Of a stretch of DNA of 25,050 nucleotides, positions 14,684-24,671 are shown piece after piece. A program made the position numbers and the translations under genes. Position 1 is the first letter of the stretch, and each line of letters starts with the position of its first letter. This DNA comes from a virus (taxonomy: Duplodnaviria; Caudoviricetes), in the IMG/VR virus record IMGVR_UViG_3300005804_000107, positions 1 through 25,050 of that record, one strand, 5' to 3'. The notes under the pieces were generated by a model that ran no database searches, was not told where the DNA came from, and saw nothing but the letters and a program-made list of their open reading frames with translations.

Positions 14684-14705
14684 GATCATTCTGCTGGAGG
14701 CCCCA

Positions 14706-15059
14706 ATGGCAAAGAAGGCGACCCAGATTCGACCCGTCACGCGCAAGCTGATCCTGGAGGATGGTGTTCCCCGGGTCTTGCGCCGGGACTTCAACTCGTT
14801 GTGCGTCATGGAAGAGATCCTCGGGCCCGAGTTCGTGTCTGGAGACGCCAGCCACGTGGGGAACTTTCGGACGATCGCCGCCATGGCCTATGCCTTCACG
14901 GCGACCCACAGAGAGGACGCCGGCGAGGAGATCTCGTTCGCAGAGTTCCGCAAGCTCATGCCCGTGGAGGTCGAGAGCCTGGAGCGCGTGGCGCAGGCCG
15001 TCACCGCCGTGGCCGACGTGACCGTGGCTGAGGTGGAGGGTGACCAGGGAAACGACTGA
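14706..15059 (+). CDS. Tail assembly chaperone (gpG analogue), 117 aa
   Basis: Between tube and TMP; 'DFNSLCVMEE'; ends ..QGND over a slippery site. Confidence 0.85.
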   Translation: MAKKATQIRPVTRKLILEDGVPRVLRRDFNSLCVMEEILGPEFVSGDASHVGNFRTIAAMAYAFTATHREDAGEEISFAEFRKLMPVEVESLERVAQAVTAVADVTVAEVEGDQGND

Positions 15060-15283
15060 GGCCCCGGGGTGGGGCGACGCCGATCGACTGGGGGTGGCTC
15101 AACTACCTGGCCACCGTCGTGTTTCGACGCTCACCCCGGGAGTTCTGGCGCATGACCCCGGCTGAACTCTCCGCCCTGGTGGCAGCCCACAACCGCTACA
15201 ACTCGCCAAACGGGCAGGGCACGTCTCGGCCCGACGGTGACAGCCGGGGCCGAATCCTGGCCGCCCTGCTGGCCCAATCCTGA
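14706..15283 (+). CDS. Frameshifted tail assembly chaperone (gpGT analogue), about 192 aa via -1 shift at 15047-15053
   Basis: G GGA AAC heptamer in correct phase; -1 frame reads RLRPRGGATPIDWGWLNYLATVVFRRSPREFWRMTPAEL... to TGA at 15281-15283. Confidence 0.85.
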
Positions 15284-15299
15284 GTTTTAGGAGTCCACG

Positions 15300-18200
15300 A
15301 TGGCTGATCCCGAAGTCCGAGTGCGGATCACCGCCGACACGGACGGCGTGGTCGTGGCGACCGGCCAGGCCAGCGAGTCGTTCCGGAAGTTCGGGCGATC
15401 AGTCAAGTCCAGCCAGTCTGAGTCGCTGCGCAGCCTCTCCTCGTTCGCGTCGCGCGTCGGTCCGGAATTTGCCAAGGTCTCGGCCGCCGCGGTCCTCAAC
15501 ATCAAGAAGGATGGGTGGCGGCAAGGGCTGGCCAGCGCCCTGCGGGAACTGAACGTCTTCGAGGGCGCGACCGGCCGCCTGCTCGAGCAGATCCGGACCA
15601 ACGTCGCAAGCAGGCTGGAAGGTATCGGTCAGGCGGCCAAGACCGCCTTCCAGGGCTTGACCGCCGGGGCCGCGGTGGGAGCCGGGGCCTTCGCGGTCGG
15701 GGCCGTCAGGGCCGCGGCCGACGCCCAGAAACTGCAACTGCGCCTGGAGACCCTGGCACGCAGTGCGGGGCACGTGGCGGACGCGGCCGAGGTGGCCCGC
15801 TCCAAGATGGCCTTCTTGGAGGAGTTGGACAAGGTCGCCTCGTCTGACCTGCCTACCCTGACCGAAGCCGGGGCGGCGCTGGAGGCCTACCGACTGCCCA
15901 TGGAGGGGTTCTTGCCCCTGGTGGGTGACTTCTCGGCTGCCATGGGAGCCAACCTCGAGGACGTGTCCAGGGCGGTCGGGAAGGCGATGCAGGGGCAGGC
16001 GGAGGGCTTCGAGGTCCTCGGCCGCCAGGGGATCACCAAGCAGGACCTGTACGCCGCTGGCGCCCACCGCAACAAAGATGGCTCCATGGCCCTGAAGGGG
16101 GCGGAGGACCAGGCCGCAGCCCGCCAGGCGCTGGTGACGATCCTGCAGCGCTACCGGGGCGGGATGGAGGCGGAGTCCAAGAGCATCTCTGGCGCCTTCT
16201 CGATGATCGCCTCGTCCTGGAACCTGCTGCAGCGGGCAGTCGCGGAGCCCTTCTCTGCCACAATCCAAAGCGCGGCGCTGGCCATCTCGAACTTCCTGGA
16301 CCGCACGACCGGATTCGTGAAGTGGCTGGAACAGTCCGGAGGTGGCATCGCGGCCTGGGTGGCCTCGGCGGGCGGCATGGGCGCGGCCTTGGCCGCAGTG
16401 GGCGTCGTCATGACCTCGACCCTGGTGGCCGTCGGCGCACCGATGCTGACGTTCCTGGGGACCGTGGGCAAGATCGGACTGGTGGCCAGGACCTTCTCGT
16501 TCCTGTTTGGGGCCATCGCTGGGTGGGCGCCAAAGCTGGGCTTCCTGGGCACCGTGGGGACCTGGTTGGGCGGCATCGCATCCAAGGCCGGATTGGTGCA
16601 GGGCGCCGTGATCGCGTTGGGGGCGACCTTGACCACGGGGCTTCTGGCCGCCTTCGCCGTGGTGGGCACCGTGGCGGCCGCTTTCGCCGTGGCCTGGTGG
16701 CGGGATTGGGGCGGGATCCGGGACAAGACGGCCGCAGCCGTCGAGTGGATTCGCAACGCCACCGTCAACGGATTCCGCATGCTCGCGACCCAGGCCGTCG
16801 CGATCTGGGAGGGTACCAAGGTCGCCGTCGTCCGCGTCCTCGAGCGACTGGAAGCCGAGATGAAGCCGGCCGTCGAGGCGGTCGTCGCCTGGTTCGAGGC
16901 CAACTGGCCCACCATCCAGAGCATCGTCCTGCAGACGATGGAGATCGTGATCGGCATCGTCAACCGCATGGGGCGGGGCCTGCAGGTCGCCTTCGAATGG
17001 GCCGACACGAACCTCCTGCCCATCTGGAGTGGCCTCTGGAAGAACGTCAAAGACCAGGTGGTCCTGGCCTGGCAGTTCATCTCGACCACGGTCTCATCCG
17101 GCCTGAAATGGATCGACACGGCCATGCGGGTGGGCGCGGAGGCGATGCGCGGGAACTGGGTGGGAGCCTGGGACGCGATCAAGGTCGGCCTGGAGCGGCA
17201 GTTCGACCCCATCAACGTCATGTTGCGTCGCCTGATCGTCTCGCTGCTGGACACCTTGCGGGACTCGCTGCCCCGGTTCAACCTGGCCGGCCAGGCGATC
17301 GGCGCCGCGATCTCGGCTGGAATCCAGAACCAGGAGCAGGCGATCGCGCGCCTGGAAGAGCGCATCGCGCTCAGGAACGCGCGGGCCTCAGTGGGCAACC
17401 AGGCCGTGCATCCCCTGCTGGCGGCGTTCTACGCCCTGGGCAAGCCACCGGCGGCCGCCCCGGCCGCGCCCCAGACACCACGGGCGCCGGCTTTCGACTA
17501 CGACAAGTTCTTGACGGATTTCCAGGCCAATCAGGGTCAGGACGGCCAGGAGCCTGAGAAGAGCAAGAAGGGGAAGAAGAACACCCGAGAGACCATGTCG
17601 GAGGCCGAGCGGGTCGTTTCGGAAGCGCTGCGACAGGTGGGCGGCGTCTTCGAGCCTGGAAGCGCAGAGCAGTGCGCCAACTGGGTCCGCGATGTCTACC
17701 GCCGGGCTGGAGTCAAGCTGGGGGTGACCGACAAGCCGTTGGACCGAGGTCCCGTCGGAGCCGCCTTGGCCTCCTCGTTTGCCGGGACCGACGTCGGACA
17801 GGTCATCATCGATCGAAGTCAGTTGCGTCCTGGCGACATCGTGACCTACGCCAACACATATGGCCACTTCGAAGAGGGGGCGATCACACACGCCGGCGTC
17901 TATGCCGGGCGCGGAGAGATCGTGCACCGACCGACGCGATCCGGCCAGGTGATGCGCGCGGGGTTGGACGAACCGGGCAAGTTCGCCTACGGAATCAGAC
18001 CCTACGCGATCGCCGGGAAAGGTGCGTATGAGGAGAGCTACCGGGACCTGCAGCGTTGGCGCGATGAGGTCCGGGCCCTGGGGCAGGACCACGAGACCCT
18101 GGCCGGCAAGCTGGCCGAAGTCGACGCCCGCTACGCCAAGATGTTGGACGAGGGGATTGCCCTCGACGCGTCACAGGCCGACTTGGACAAGGTGAAGGCC

Positions 18201-19436
18201 GAGCACCAGGCGGAGCGGGGCAAGCTGCTGACCGAGCAGGCCGAGGAGGAGCGCACCCTCCTGGAGGAGATGTCCGCCGAGCGCCTGGAACTGCTGGGTT
18301 CTCAGACCGAGCAGGAGCGGGCCGCGCTCGACAAGCGGTTCGCCGACCTGGTCGAGCACTGGCGAAAGGTGGCATCCGAGACTCCCGCCCTGGCCGCCCA
18401 GGCGGAGGCGCAAATCGCGACGGTGCAGCGGGCAGCGGAAGCGGCCCGGGCATCGCTGGTGAAGCAGCAGGCGAGAGAAGCGGCTGAGGCCCACCGGCAG
18501 GCCTGGGAGAAGCAGCACCAGCAGGAGCTTGCAGACCACGAGTTCCAGATCAGGATGGGCCGCGAGACCAACGAGGGGCTCCTGGTCTTCCTGGCCCAGC
18601 AGCTCGAGGCTTGGCAGGGCACCGAAGAGGGCAAGCGGGCCCTGATGCTCCGCTATCGGGAGGCCTTCCTGGAGGACCTGCGGGTCCGCCGCGAGGCCCA
18701 GGACGCCTACGACGTGGCTGACTTGGAGCGCGAACTCGCGAAATTGCAGGCCCAGACCGGGCTGAAGGTGGCCGAGGAGATCCGGCGCGACGCCCTGCTG
18801 GCCGAGGTCCAGGAGGCCCAGTTGGACCGCCTGGCCGAGATGCGGCAGCGGGCCCAGGACGTGGCGGACTCCCTGCGCAACTCGTTCCAGCAGGCTTTCA
18901 CGGGCATCCTGTCGGGACAGCAGTCGTTCGCCCAGGGATTCAAGTCCATCTGGGATGCCGTGAAGCAGGCCTTCCTGCAGGCGATCGCCGAGATGATCGT
19001 CAAGACGCAGGCCTTCCAGGCCGTCCTGATGGCCCTGAAGGCGGCGATGAACGCGATTGGCGGCTTCTTGGGGGGGCTCTTCGGCTTCCACACCGGCGGC
19101 GTCGTCGAAGCTTCCGGGGTGCCCTACGCCGTGGCTCACACCGGGGGGCTCCTGGGCCCCGGCGGTGCCCTCCAGTCATTCCACTCCGGCGGTTCGGTGG
19201 GCCGGGTTCAGCTTCGTCCGGACGAGGTCCTGGCCAAGCTCCAGACTGGCGAGATCGTGCTGAGCCGCGACAACGTGCGGGACCTGGGGCGCGTGGGTGG
19301 CGCTCCCGCGTCCGTCTCCGGCGGATCCTCTGTCAACCTGGTGGTCCAGAACCTGCACCACCACGGCCCCCAGGACACCCAGGCCATGGCCCGGGACCTG
19401 GGTCGCCGGATGGCATTCTACGTGCCTGGAGGTTGA
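15300..19436 (+). CDS. Tape measure protein (1378 aa) with hydrophobic segments and an internal NlpC/P60-type peptidase domain
   Basis: Longest ORF, after chaperones; Ala/Gly-rich; Trp-periodic repeats; 'QCANWV...LRPGDIV...THAGVYAGRGEIVH'; C-terminal 'FHTGG...DEV.AKLQTGEIVL'. Confidence 0.95.
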   Translation: MADPEVRVRITADTDGVVVATGQASESFRKFGRSVKSSQSESLRSLSSFASRVGPEFAKVSAAAVLNIKKDGWRQGLASALRELNVFEGATGRLLEQIRTNVASRLEGIGQAAKTAFQGLTAGAAVGAGAFAVGAVRAAADAQKLQLRLETLARSAGHVADAAEVARSKMAFLEELDKVASSDLPTLTEAGAALEAYRLPMEGFLPLVGDFSAAMGANLEDVSRAVGKAMQGQAEGFEVLGRQGITKQDLYAAGAHRNKDGSMALKGAEDQAAARQALVTILQRYRGGMEAESKSISGAFSMIASSWNLLQRAVAEPFSATIQSAALAISNFLDRTTGFVKWLEQSGGGIAAWVASAGGMGAALAAVGVVMTSTLVAVGAPMLTFLGTVGKIGLVARTFSFLFGAIAGWAPKLGFLGTVGTWLGGIASKAGLVQGAVIALGATLTTGLLAAFAVVGTVAAAFAVAWWRDWGGIRDKTAAAVEWIRNATVNGFRMLATQAVAIWEGTKVAVVRVLERLEAEMKPAVEAVVAWFEANWPTIQSIVLQTMEIVIGIVNRMGRGLQVAFEWADTNLLPIWSGLWKNVKDQVVLAWQFISTTVSSGLKWIDTAMRVGAEAMRGNWVGAWDAIKVGLERQFDPINVMLRRLIVSLLDTLRDSLPRFNLAGQAIGAAISAGIQNQEQAIARLEERIALRNARASVGNQAVHPLLAAFYALGKPPAAAPAAPQTPRAPAFDYDKFLTDFQANQGQDGQEPEKSKKGKKNTRETMSEAERVVSEALRQVGGVFEPGSAEQCANWVRDVYRRAGVKLGVTDKPLDRGPVGAALASSFAGTDVGQVIIDRSQLRPGDIVTYANTYGHFEEGAITHAGVYAGRGEIVHRPTRSGQVMRAGLDEPGKFAYGIRPYAIAGKGAYEESYRDLQRWRDEVRALGQDHETLAGKLAEVDARYAKMLDEGIALDASQADLDKVKAEHQAERGKLLTEQAEEERTLLEEMSAERLELLGSQTEQERAALDKRFADLVEHWRKVASETPALAAQAEAQIATVQRAAEAARASLVKQQAREAAEAHRQAWEKQHQQELADHEFQIRMGRETNEGLLVFLAQQLEAWQGTEEGKRALMLRYREAFLEDLRVRREAQDAYDVADLERELAKLQAQTGLKVAEEIRRDALLAEVQEAQLDRLAEMRQRAQDVADSLRNSFQQAFTGILSGQQSFAQGFKSIWDAVKQAFLQAIAEMIVKTQAFQAVLMALKAAMNAIGGFLGGLFGFHTGGVVEASGVPYAVAHTGGLLGPGGALQSFHSGGSVGRVQLRPDEVLAKLQTGEIVLSRDNVRDLGRVGGAPASVSGGSSVNLVVQNLHHHGPQDTQAMARDLGRRMAFYVPGG

Positions 19437-19438
19437 CG

Positions 19439-20257
19439 ATGGCCATCGAGCTCTACACGCAGCGCGGCGCCCTCTGCGGGGCATTCTTGTCCGGAGAGAT
19501 GCTGGCCGGCGCACAGGGCAACCAGGTCATCCTGCCTGCATCGCTGACCCTGGAGGGCGACGACTGCGACCTGCGGGTCGACTCCGACGAGCGGGCCCTG
19601 TCCGACGGGAGCGCCGCCTGGGGCGGGCAGGTCAAGGCACGGAAGGCGGTGGTCTCCGGCCTGGTGGGCGACGGCACGTCGACCCCGGAGGTGACCCGAG
19701 CGCTGCTTCGACGGCTCCGGGCGGCGGCGGCCCGGCAGGACCAGTATCTCGCGACGGAGCAGGGGGCAGACCACTTCCTGCGCCTGCGACTCCTGGAGTC
19801 TTGCGACGTGCGCTGGCAGGAACTCTGGGGCCGGAGCCTGGCGCAGGTGCGGCTCTCCTGGCTGCTGGCCGATCCATTCTGGTATGCCGACTCCGTGGGC
19901 CAGGTGCACGAGGACCTGGCCGGCAGCGGGTCCATCTCGGTGGACACGGGCGACCTGGCCACCTGGTGGATGCCGCCCATCATCACCCTGACGGCTCCGG
20001 CTGGGGAGTCTGTTCCGAGCGTGACCCTGGTCAACCAGACGGACGGCGGGGTGGGGCTGACCTACTCGGACCCGGCGCTCTCGGACGGGGCGACCGTGGT
20101 CATCGACTGCGAGCGGGGGACGGTGACCCGGGACGGCGTCGACTCCATCCGCTACCTGGGCGGGCGGCCCCTGCGGCTGCTGCCGGGGCTGAACACCCTG
20201 TCCTACACGGGCGCCGCGTGCGGCGTAACCATCAATTGGCGTGCGAGGTGGATTTGA
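19439..20257 (+). CDS. Distal tail protein (Dit-like)
   Basis: Follows TMP; 'ADPFWY', 'VIDCERGTV...LRLLPGLNTLSY'; GGAGG 6 nt before ATG 19439. Confidence 0.85.
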   Translation: MAIELYTQRGALCGAFLSGEMLAGAQGNQVILPASLTLEGDDCDLRVDSDERALSDGSAAWGGQVKARKAVVSGLVGDGTSTPEVTRALLRRLRAAAARQDQYLATEQGADHFLRLRLLESCDVRWQELWGRSLAQVRLSWLLADPFWYADSVGQVHEDLAGSGSISVDTGDLATWWMPPIITLTAPAGESVPSVTLVNQTDGGVGLTYSDPALSDGATVVIDCERGTVTRDGVDSIRYLGGRPLRLLPGLNTLSYTGAACGVTINWRARWI

Positions 20258-21054
20258 TGCTGAACATCACAGTCGCAATCGACGGAGTAACCCCTGTGAA
20301 CGCGGAGCTGCTGAACAGCTATCGGGCGGGCATCGAGGCCTGTGAACAGGCCCTGCCCGACTCGGAGATGCAAGCGGCCCTCGGTGGCCGACCCGGCGAG
20401 GACCCCCCGGGAGGCTACAACCCCTTCGTCTGCATGCGTGATCGCCGCGTGTTCGAGGACGCCGTGCGCTTCCGGGACGATTTCATCGGTGGGCGTGCCG
20501 ATGCATGGCAGGTGACCGTCACGGGGTCGGGGACCTGCACGCAGACTTCGATGCCGGGTGGGGTCGTCAGTCTGGAGACCAGCGCCAGCCCTCAAGATCG
20601 CGTCGTCCTGAGCTTCGGCGGGGCCCGATTCTTGGAGTGGGGGCAGCAATCCCGGCCGTATGTGAGGTGCCGATTCGACCTCCGGGACGTGAGCGCAGAG
20701 GCGTCCGTCGGCCTGTACGCCGACGACGACAACCTGATCGAGATCAACCACGGGGGAGGAGCAGGACAGACCTGGCAGGCTCGATGCCGCGCGGACGGCG
20801 TCCAAACGTCGGTGAACACCGGGGTCGAGGTGCAGCCGGCACCGCTGTGGCTGACCCTGGTCGAGAATGACGGGGGCGTCGATTTCTACCTGGATTACGA
20901 CGGTGGGCTCCCTCACGAGCGAGCACCGGAGGCCAGCATCTCCGACAACATCCCCAGCCTGACGCTGGAGCCCCGCGTGAGGGTCGAGGCGACAACGGAG
21001 TCCACAGCCGCCCTTGAACTCGACCTGTTCCACGTGCAGGCGAACGGCCGGTGA
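20257..21054 (+). CDS. Minor tail protein with fibre-type N-terminal anchor and lectin-like beta-sandwich, 265 aa
   Basis: TGATG overlap; 'TPVNAELLNSYRAGIE' anchor-like motif; 'FRDDF' followed by a beta-rich domain. Confidence 0.65.
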   Translation: MLNITVAIDGVTPVNAELLNSYRAGIEACEQALPDSEMQAALGGRPGEDPPGGYNPFVCMRDRRVFEDAVRFRDDFIGGRADAWQVTVTGSGTCTQTSMPGGVVSLETSASPQDRVVLSFGGARFLEWGQQSRPYVRCRFDLRDVSAEASVGLYADDDNLIEINHGGGAGQTWQARCRADGVQTSVNTGVEVQPAPLWLTLVENDGGVDFYLDYDGGLPHERAPEASISDNIPSLTLEPRVRVEATTESTAALELDLFHVQANGR

Positions 21055-22271
21055 CCTCCGCCCGCTACGGCTCGCCATGGCTGCGCTACCGCGACGGGAC
21101 CGTCTATCGCGGTGAGCCTCGGCTGGAGCCTGTCCCGGCGTCGCTCTCGATGCCGGGACGGGACGGCGCCGAGCTCCGCGTCTACGACGACGTGGGGCGC
21201 CTGGTGGGCATCTGTTCCTCCGAGTGGGGCACGCAGACACTCCTGAGCGCCAGGGCGACGGTCACCACGGCTGGCCCTGGCGCCCTGGAGTTCAGCCTCG
21301 CCGAGCGTCCGGCCTGGGCCATGACGCACGGGACCCGGGTGGATCTGCACCTGTGGGGCGGGCCGGAGCCGGTCTGGGGCGGCTACATCACGAGCGCGCC
21401 TAGCGCCCTCTCGACCCGGCGCCCCTACCGCTACGATGCAGTAGGCTGGCGCTCGCAACTGGCGGGCGTCATCATCCCACAGCAGACCTGGTCCGGGTGG
21501 CGGATTGTCCAGGTCGTGCGGGACCTGGTGCGGCGCTACGTGGAGCCCCGGACCAGCATCGTCATGGACCCCATCCTCATCGACGAGCGGGCCACCTACA
21601 TCCTGGGGGACTACCGGGCCGAGCGGGCGACCCTGACCAGCGTCCTGGACGACTTGCGGGACCTGGCAGGGCTCTACGTCTGGGGGGTGGATGCGCAGCG
21701 CCGGTTCCGGTTCCAGCCCGTCTCGCAGGAGGTGGGCTGGCACTGGTGGGTGGGCGTCCACTGCACGGAGTGCGAGGCGGAAGAGGACAGCAGCAAGCTG
21801 GCCAACCGCATCTGGGTCAAGATGGGCAAACGCCTGCCGCAGACCTCGGACCAGTGGCTGACCTATCCCCTGGAGGACCTGGCGTCCCAGCGCACCTACG
21901 GGGCACGCGACGGCTCCATCACGGCGCCCTCGGTGTTCAGCGAGGCCGACGCCGTGCGCATGGCCTCGGTCACGCTGGCCGAGCGCCGGGAGCCAACGGT
22001 GCGCCTGCGCTTGCGCGGCTTGGCCGTGGAGGAGCCTGTCCCCTGCGTGGGCCGGGCGCGGGTGGTCGGGCCCGACGGGGACGAGGAGACTCGCCCCATC
22101 GATGAGGTCACCTATTCCGTGACCGGCGCCCGGATTGAGGTCGAGGTGGACCTCGGCGACCGGCAACCCGAGATCGGCCGCTGGCTGGCCGACTGGCACG
22201 GACAACAGGAGCGTCTCGAACAGCTCCAGCAGGCGGCACAGCGACAGACTGAATCGGCGGAGGTAGGATAA
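21051..22271 (+). CDS. Baseplate hub / Tal-like tail protein
   Basis: 'VWGGYI', 'WGVDAQRRFRF', 'EEDSSKLANRIWV', 'SQRTYG.RD', 'LGD' plus C-terminal coiled coil. Confidence 0.8.
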   Translation: MTSARYGSPWLRYRDGTVYRGEPRLEPVPASLSMPGRDGAELRVYDDVGRLVGICSSEWGTQTLLSARATVTTAGPGALEFSLAERPAWAMTHGTRVDLHLWGGPEPVWGGYITSAPSALSTRRPYRYDAVGWRSQLAGVIIPQQTWSGWRIVQVVRDLVRRYVEPRTSIVMDPILIDERATYILGDYRAERATLTSVLDDLRDLAGLYVWGVDAQRRFRFQPVSQEVGWHWWVGVHCTECEAEEDSSKLANRIWVKMGKRLPQTSDQWLTYPLEDLASQRTYGARDGSITAPSVFSEADAVRMASVTLAERREPTVRLRLRGLAVEEPVPCVGRARVVGPDGDEETRPIDEVTYSVTGARIEVEVDLGDRQPEIGRWLADWHGQQERLEQLQQAAQRQTESAEVG

Positions 22272-22273
22272 TC

Positions 22274-23806
22274 GTGCCCACCAACAGGAGACGCAACCCC
22301 TTCAGCGGCGTGGAGATGCCGGTGCCCATCGCCGGGGAGGCCCATGTCGTCCCGTCCTACTCTCCGCACTGGGTCTGGCTGCGCGAGATTCCGCTGGAGG
22401 GCGGTGGCGTGACCGTGCACGAGGCAGGCACGGTGCAGGACGTGACCGACACGGGGAGCTCGGGGAGCACCTGGATTGACGGCGAGGCCCCGACGAGCAA
22501 TCACGCCGGTGAGGCCATCGTCGTCACGGGCCGGGCGCCCGACGGCACGCACCAGCCCGCCAGGACGCTTCAGCATTTCCGCCTGTCCGGCGTGTCCGGA
22601 GACGTGGTCTCGGCCATTTTGCGGATGTGCCTGGAGGACACGTCCGCCCTCCCTGGCACCTATCCCTCGGAGCGCCCCATCGGCGTCCACGAGGTCACCG
22701 AGGCCTGGGACGACGACACGGCGACGTGGGCAAATCAGCCCGCCCACGACCCGGTGGCGCAGTCCGTGGCCTACGTCACGCAGAGCAACTGGTATGAGTG
22801 GGATGTTACGGCCCTGGTGCAGGGCTGGATGGCCGACCCGTCGTCCAACCACGGCCTGCTCTTGAAGGACGGGGACGAGGCGTCCGTCATCAACACCAGG
22901 CGCAACTGGACCTCCAGCACCGGGGCCAACAAGCCGACCCTGCGCATCACCACGGCATCCGGGACCTATGAGGTCGTGGCTGCCGAGGTAGTGCCCGGCC
23001 CTGGAGAGGTGGCCCTGGCCTACGACGTCGGGGCCCTCCAATTCCACGAGAGCGCGGCGGGCGCGTCGGTCGAGGTGTCCTACCAGGGCACGGGCAGCCC
23101 GGTGCGGGCCGAGGACGTGAACGGGCTCTCGCAGCTCATCGGCACGGGGTCTGACGGCACCCTGGAGGTGACCTCCGGGACCACGTCCCTGGCCCCTGGC
23201 GTCTACTCCTACACCTCCATGACAGTGGCCAGCGGGGCGAAGCTGACGCTCTCCGCGCGCGGGACCCTGGTGATCGGCGTGACGGGTGACGCCGTCATCG
23301 AGGGCACCATCGACCTGGACGGCCTGGGCTACCGGGGTGGAGCCAGCGGGATGCTCATGGGGCGCCCCGGCGCGGGCTATGGAGGCCTGGGCGGAGGAGG
23401 TGCCTCCTCCGGTGGAGGCGGTGGTGGAGGGGCGTCCACGGACGGCGCTGACGGCACCGGAGCCGCCGGCGGAACCAGCTATCCCTCCGCGGGAGGGGTC
23501 CTCTGGCCCTGGCTGCCGCCGACCCCCGGCGGTGGTGGTGGAGGCTCCACGAGTGGCGCGGGTGGCGACGGAGGAGGGGCGCTGCTGCTCCAGGTCGTGG
23601 GCACCCTGCGCGTCACATCCGGGGCGACCCTGACCGCCCAGGGAGAGGCCGGAGGGACAGGCGGAGGAGGTGGGGCCGGCGGAACCATCTGGCTGCGCGC
23701 CGGGACGCTCGAGGTGGACGCAAACCCGGACGTGAGCGGCGGAGCCGGGGGAGCAGGTGGAGGCGGTGCCGGGGCAGACGGATTCTCGGTGGTGGAGGTG
23801 CTCTGA
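22274..23806 (+). CDS. Tail fibre/receptor-binding candidate: DNRLRE (CBM96-like) domain plus glycine-rich C-terminal domain
   Basis: 'TWANQP...WYEWDVTALVQGW...NHGLLLK...KPTLRIT'; poly-Gly loops 'GGGGAGGTIWL'. Confidence 0.8.
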   Translation: MPTNRRRNPFSGVEMPVPIAGEAHVVPSYSPHWVWLREIPLEGGGVTVHEAGTVQDVTDTGSSGSTWIDGEAPTSNHAGEAIVVTGRAPDGTHQPARTLQHFRLSGVSGDVVSAILRMCLEDTSALPGTYPSERPIGVHEVTEAWDDDTATWANQPAHDPVAQSVAYVTQSNWYEWDVTALVQGWMADPSSNHGLLLKDGDEASVINTRRNWTSSTGANKPTLRITTASGTYEVVAAEVVPGPGEVALAYDVGALQFHESAAGASVEVSYQGTGSPVRAEDVNGLSQLIGTGSDGTLEVTSGTTSLAPGVYSYTSMTVASGAKLTLSARGTLVIGVTGDAVIEGTIDLDGLGYRGGASGMLMGRPGAGYGGLGGGGASSGGGGGGGASTDGADGTGAAGGTSYPSAGGVLWPWLPPTPGGGGGGSTSGAGGDGGGALLLQVVGTLRVTSGATLTAQGEAGGTGGGGGAGGTIWLRAGTLEVDANPDVSGGAGGAGGGGAGADGFSVVEVL

Positions 23807-24198
23807 TGTTCTGGACAGAGGGTGTGGCGCTGGCAGCGGCGGGCCTGGTGGGCAGTTTCGTGACCAGGGCCTTCGACTACGCGACCGGGCGGACCAGGTG
23901 GCGGCAGGACGAGCTGGCGAAGGTCCGCGAGGAACTGATGCAGGAGGTCCGCGACCTGCGCCAGGAGGTCCGCGATCTGCGGCGCGAGGTGGACCGCTGG
24001 CAGGCCCAGGCCTATCAGTTGCGCGCGGATGCGGCGGGCCTGAAGCGAGAGAACGAGCACCTGCGCGCTCAGGTCGGGCGGCTGAAGGCCGAGAACCAGA
24101 AGTTGTCGGACGAGCTACGAACGCTCGAACGCCGGCTGAACTCCCAGACCGAGGGCCCCGACGAGGGGCCCTCTTCAGTCCCTGGAGGTGCGGCATGA
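23806..24198 (+). CDS. Holin-like/lysis-associated protein: one N-terminal hydrophobic helix plus long coiled coil
   Basis: 'GVALAAAGLVGSFVT', then heptads QEVRDLRQEVRDLRREV; coupled to both neighbours. Confidence 0.6.
   Translation: MFWTEGVALAAAGLVGSFVTRAFDYATGRTRWRQDELAKVREELMQEVRDLRQEVRDLRREVDRWQAQAYQLRADAAGLKRENEHLRAQVGRLKAENQKLSDELRTLERRLNSQTEGPDEGPSSVPGGAA
23941..23982 (+). repeat. 21-bp tandem duplication encoding heptad QEVRDLR twice
   Basis: caggaggtccgcgacctgcgc / caggaggtccgcgatctgcgg. Confidence 0.8.
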
Positions 24199-24671
24199 AG
24201 CCAAACGTCGTCGGTTACGACATCCACCTCGTGCTCAACGCGCGCAGCCGCCTGCTCAAGTGTTACGACGTCCGAGGACACCTGCGCTGGAGCGTCATGG
24301 CTCGAGGCGAGGGGGTGGCTGGGCCGGGCTGGACCATGCCCTACGGGGACACTCCGCCCGGGCTCTACCGCTGCGGCGAGTGCAGGCCCACCCTACCCGA
24401 GGACCCAGCCAGCGTGCATGAGTCCTACGGCCCATGGTTCATCTACCTGCTCGATGAAGAGCCGCGCGCGAGAGGGGGACACACCGGGATCGGCATCCAC
24501 GGGGGGCGGGATACGACCCCCGGGGGGAGGCCGTCACATCCCGGTGCCCTGGCCATGACGCACGGCTGCATCCGGGTGGACAACGAGGACCTGCGCGGGC
24601 GGGTGGTGCCTGCCGTGCAGTTCACCCAGCGCCATGGAGGCGTGGCCTGGCTGACCGTCGTCTGGGAATGA
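24195..24671 (+). CDS. L,D-transpeptidase (YkuD) catalytic-domain protein; endolysin candidate, 158 aa
   Basis: 'DTPPGLY', 'YGPWFI', 'GIGIHGG...THGCIRV' (His102, Cys125); ATGA overlap; no signal peptide. Confidence 0.85.
   Translation: MKPNVVGYDIHLVLNARSRLLKCYDVRGHLRWSVMARGEGVAGPGWTMPYGDTPPGLYRCGECRPTLPEDPASVHESYGPWFIYLLDEEPRARGGHTGIGIHGGRDTTPGGRPSHPGALAMTHGCIRVDNEDLRGRVVPAVQFTQRHGGVAWLTVVWE

Noticed and set aside
23330-23790. GGN-rich repeats as a possible array or diversity-generating element
   Set aside because: They simply encode Gly-rich loops; no reverse transcriptase or template/variable repeat pair is seen
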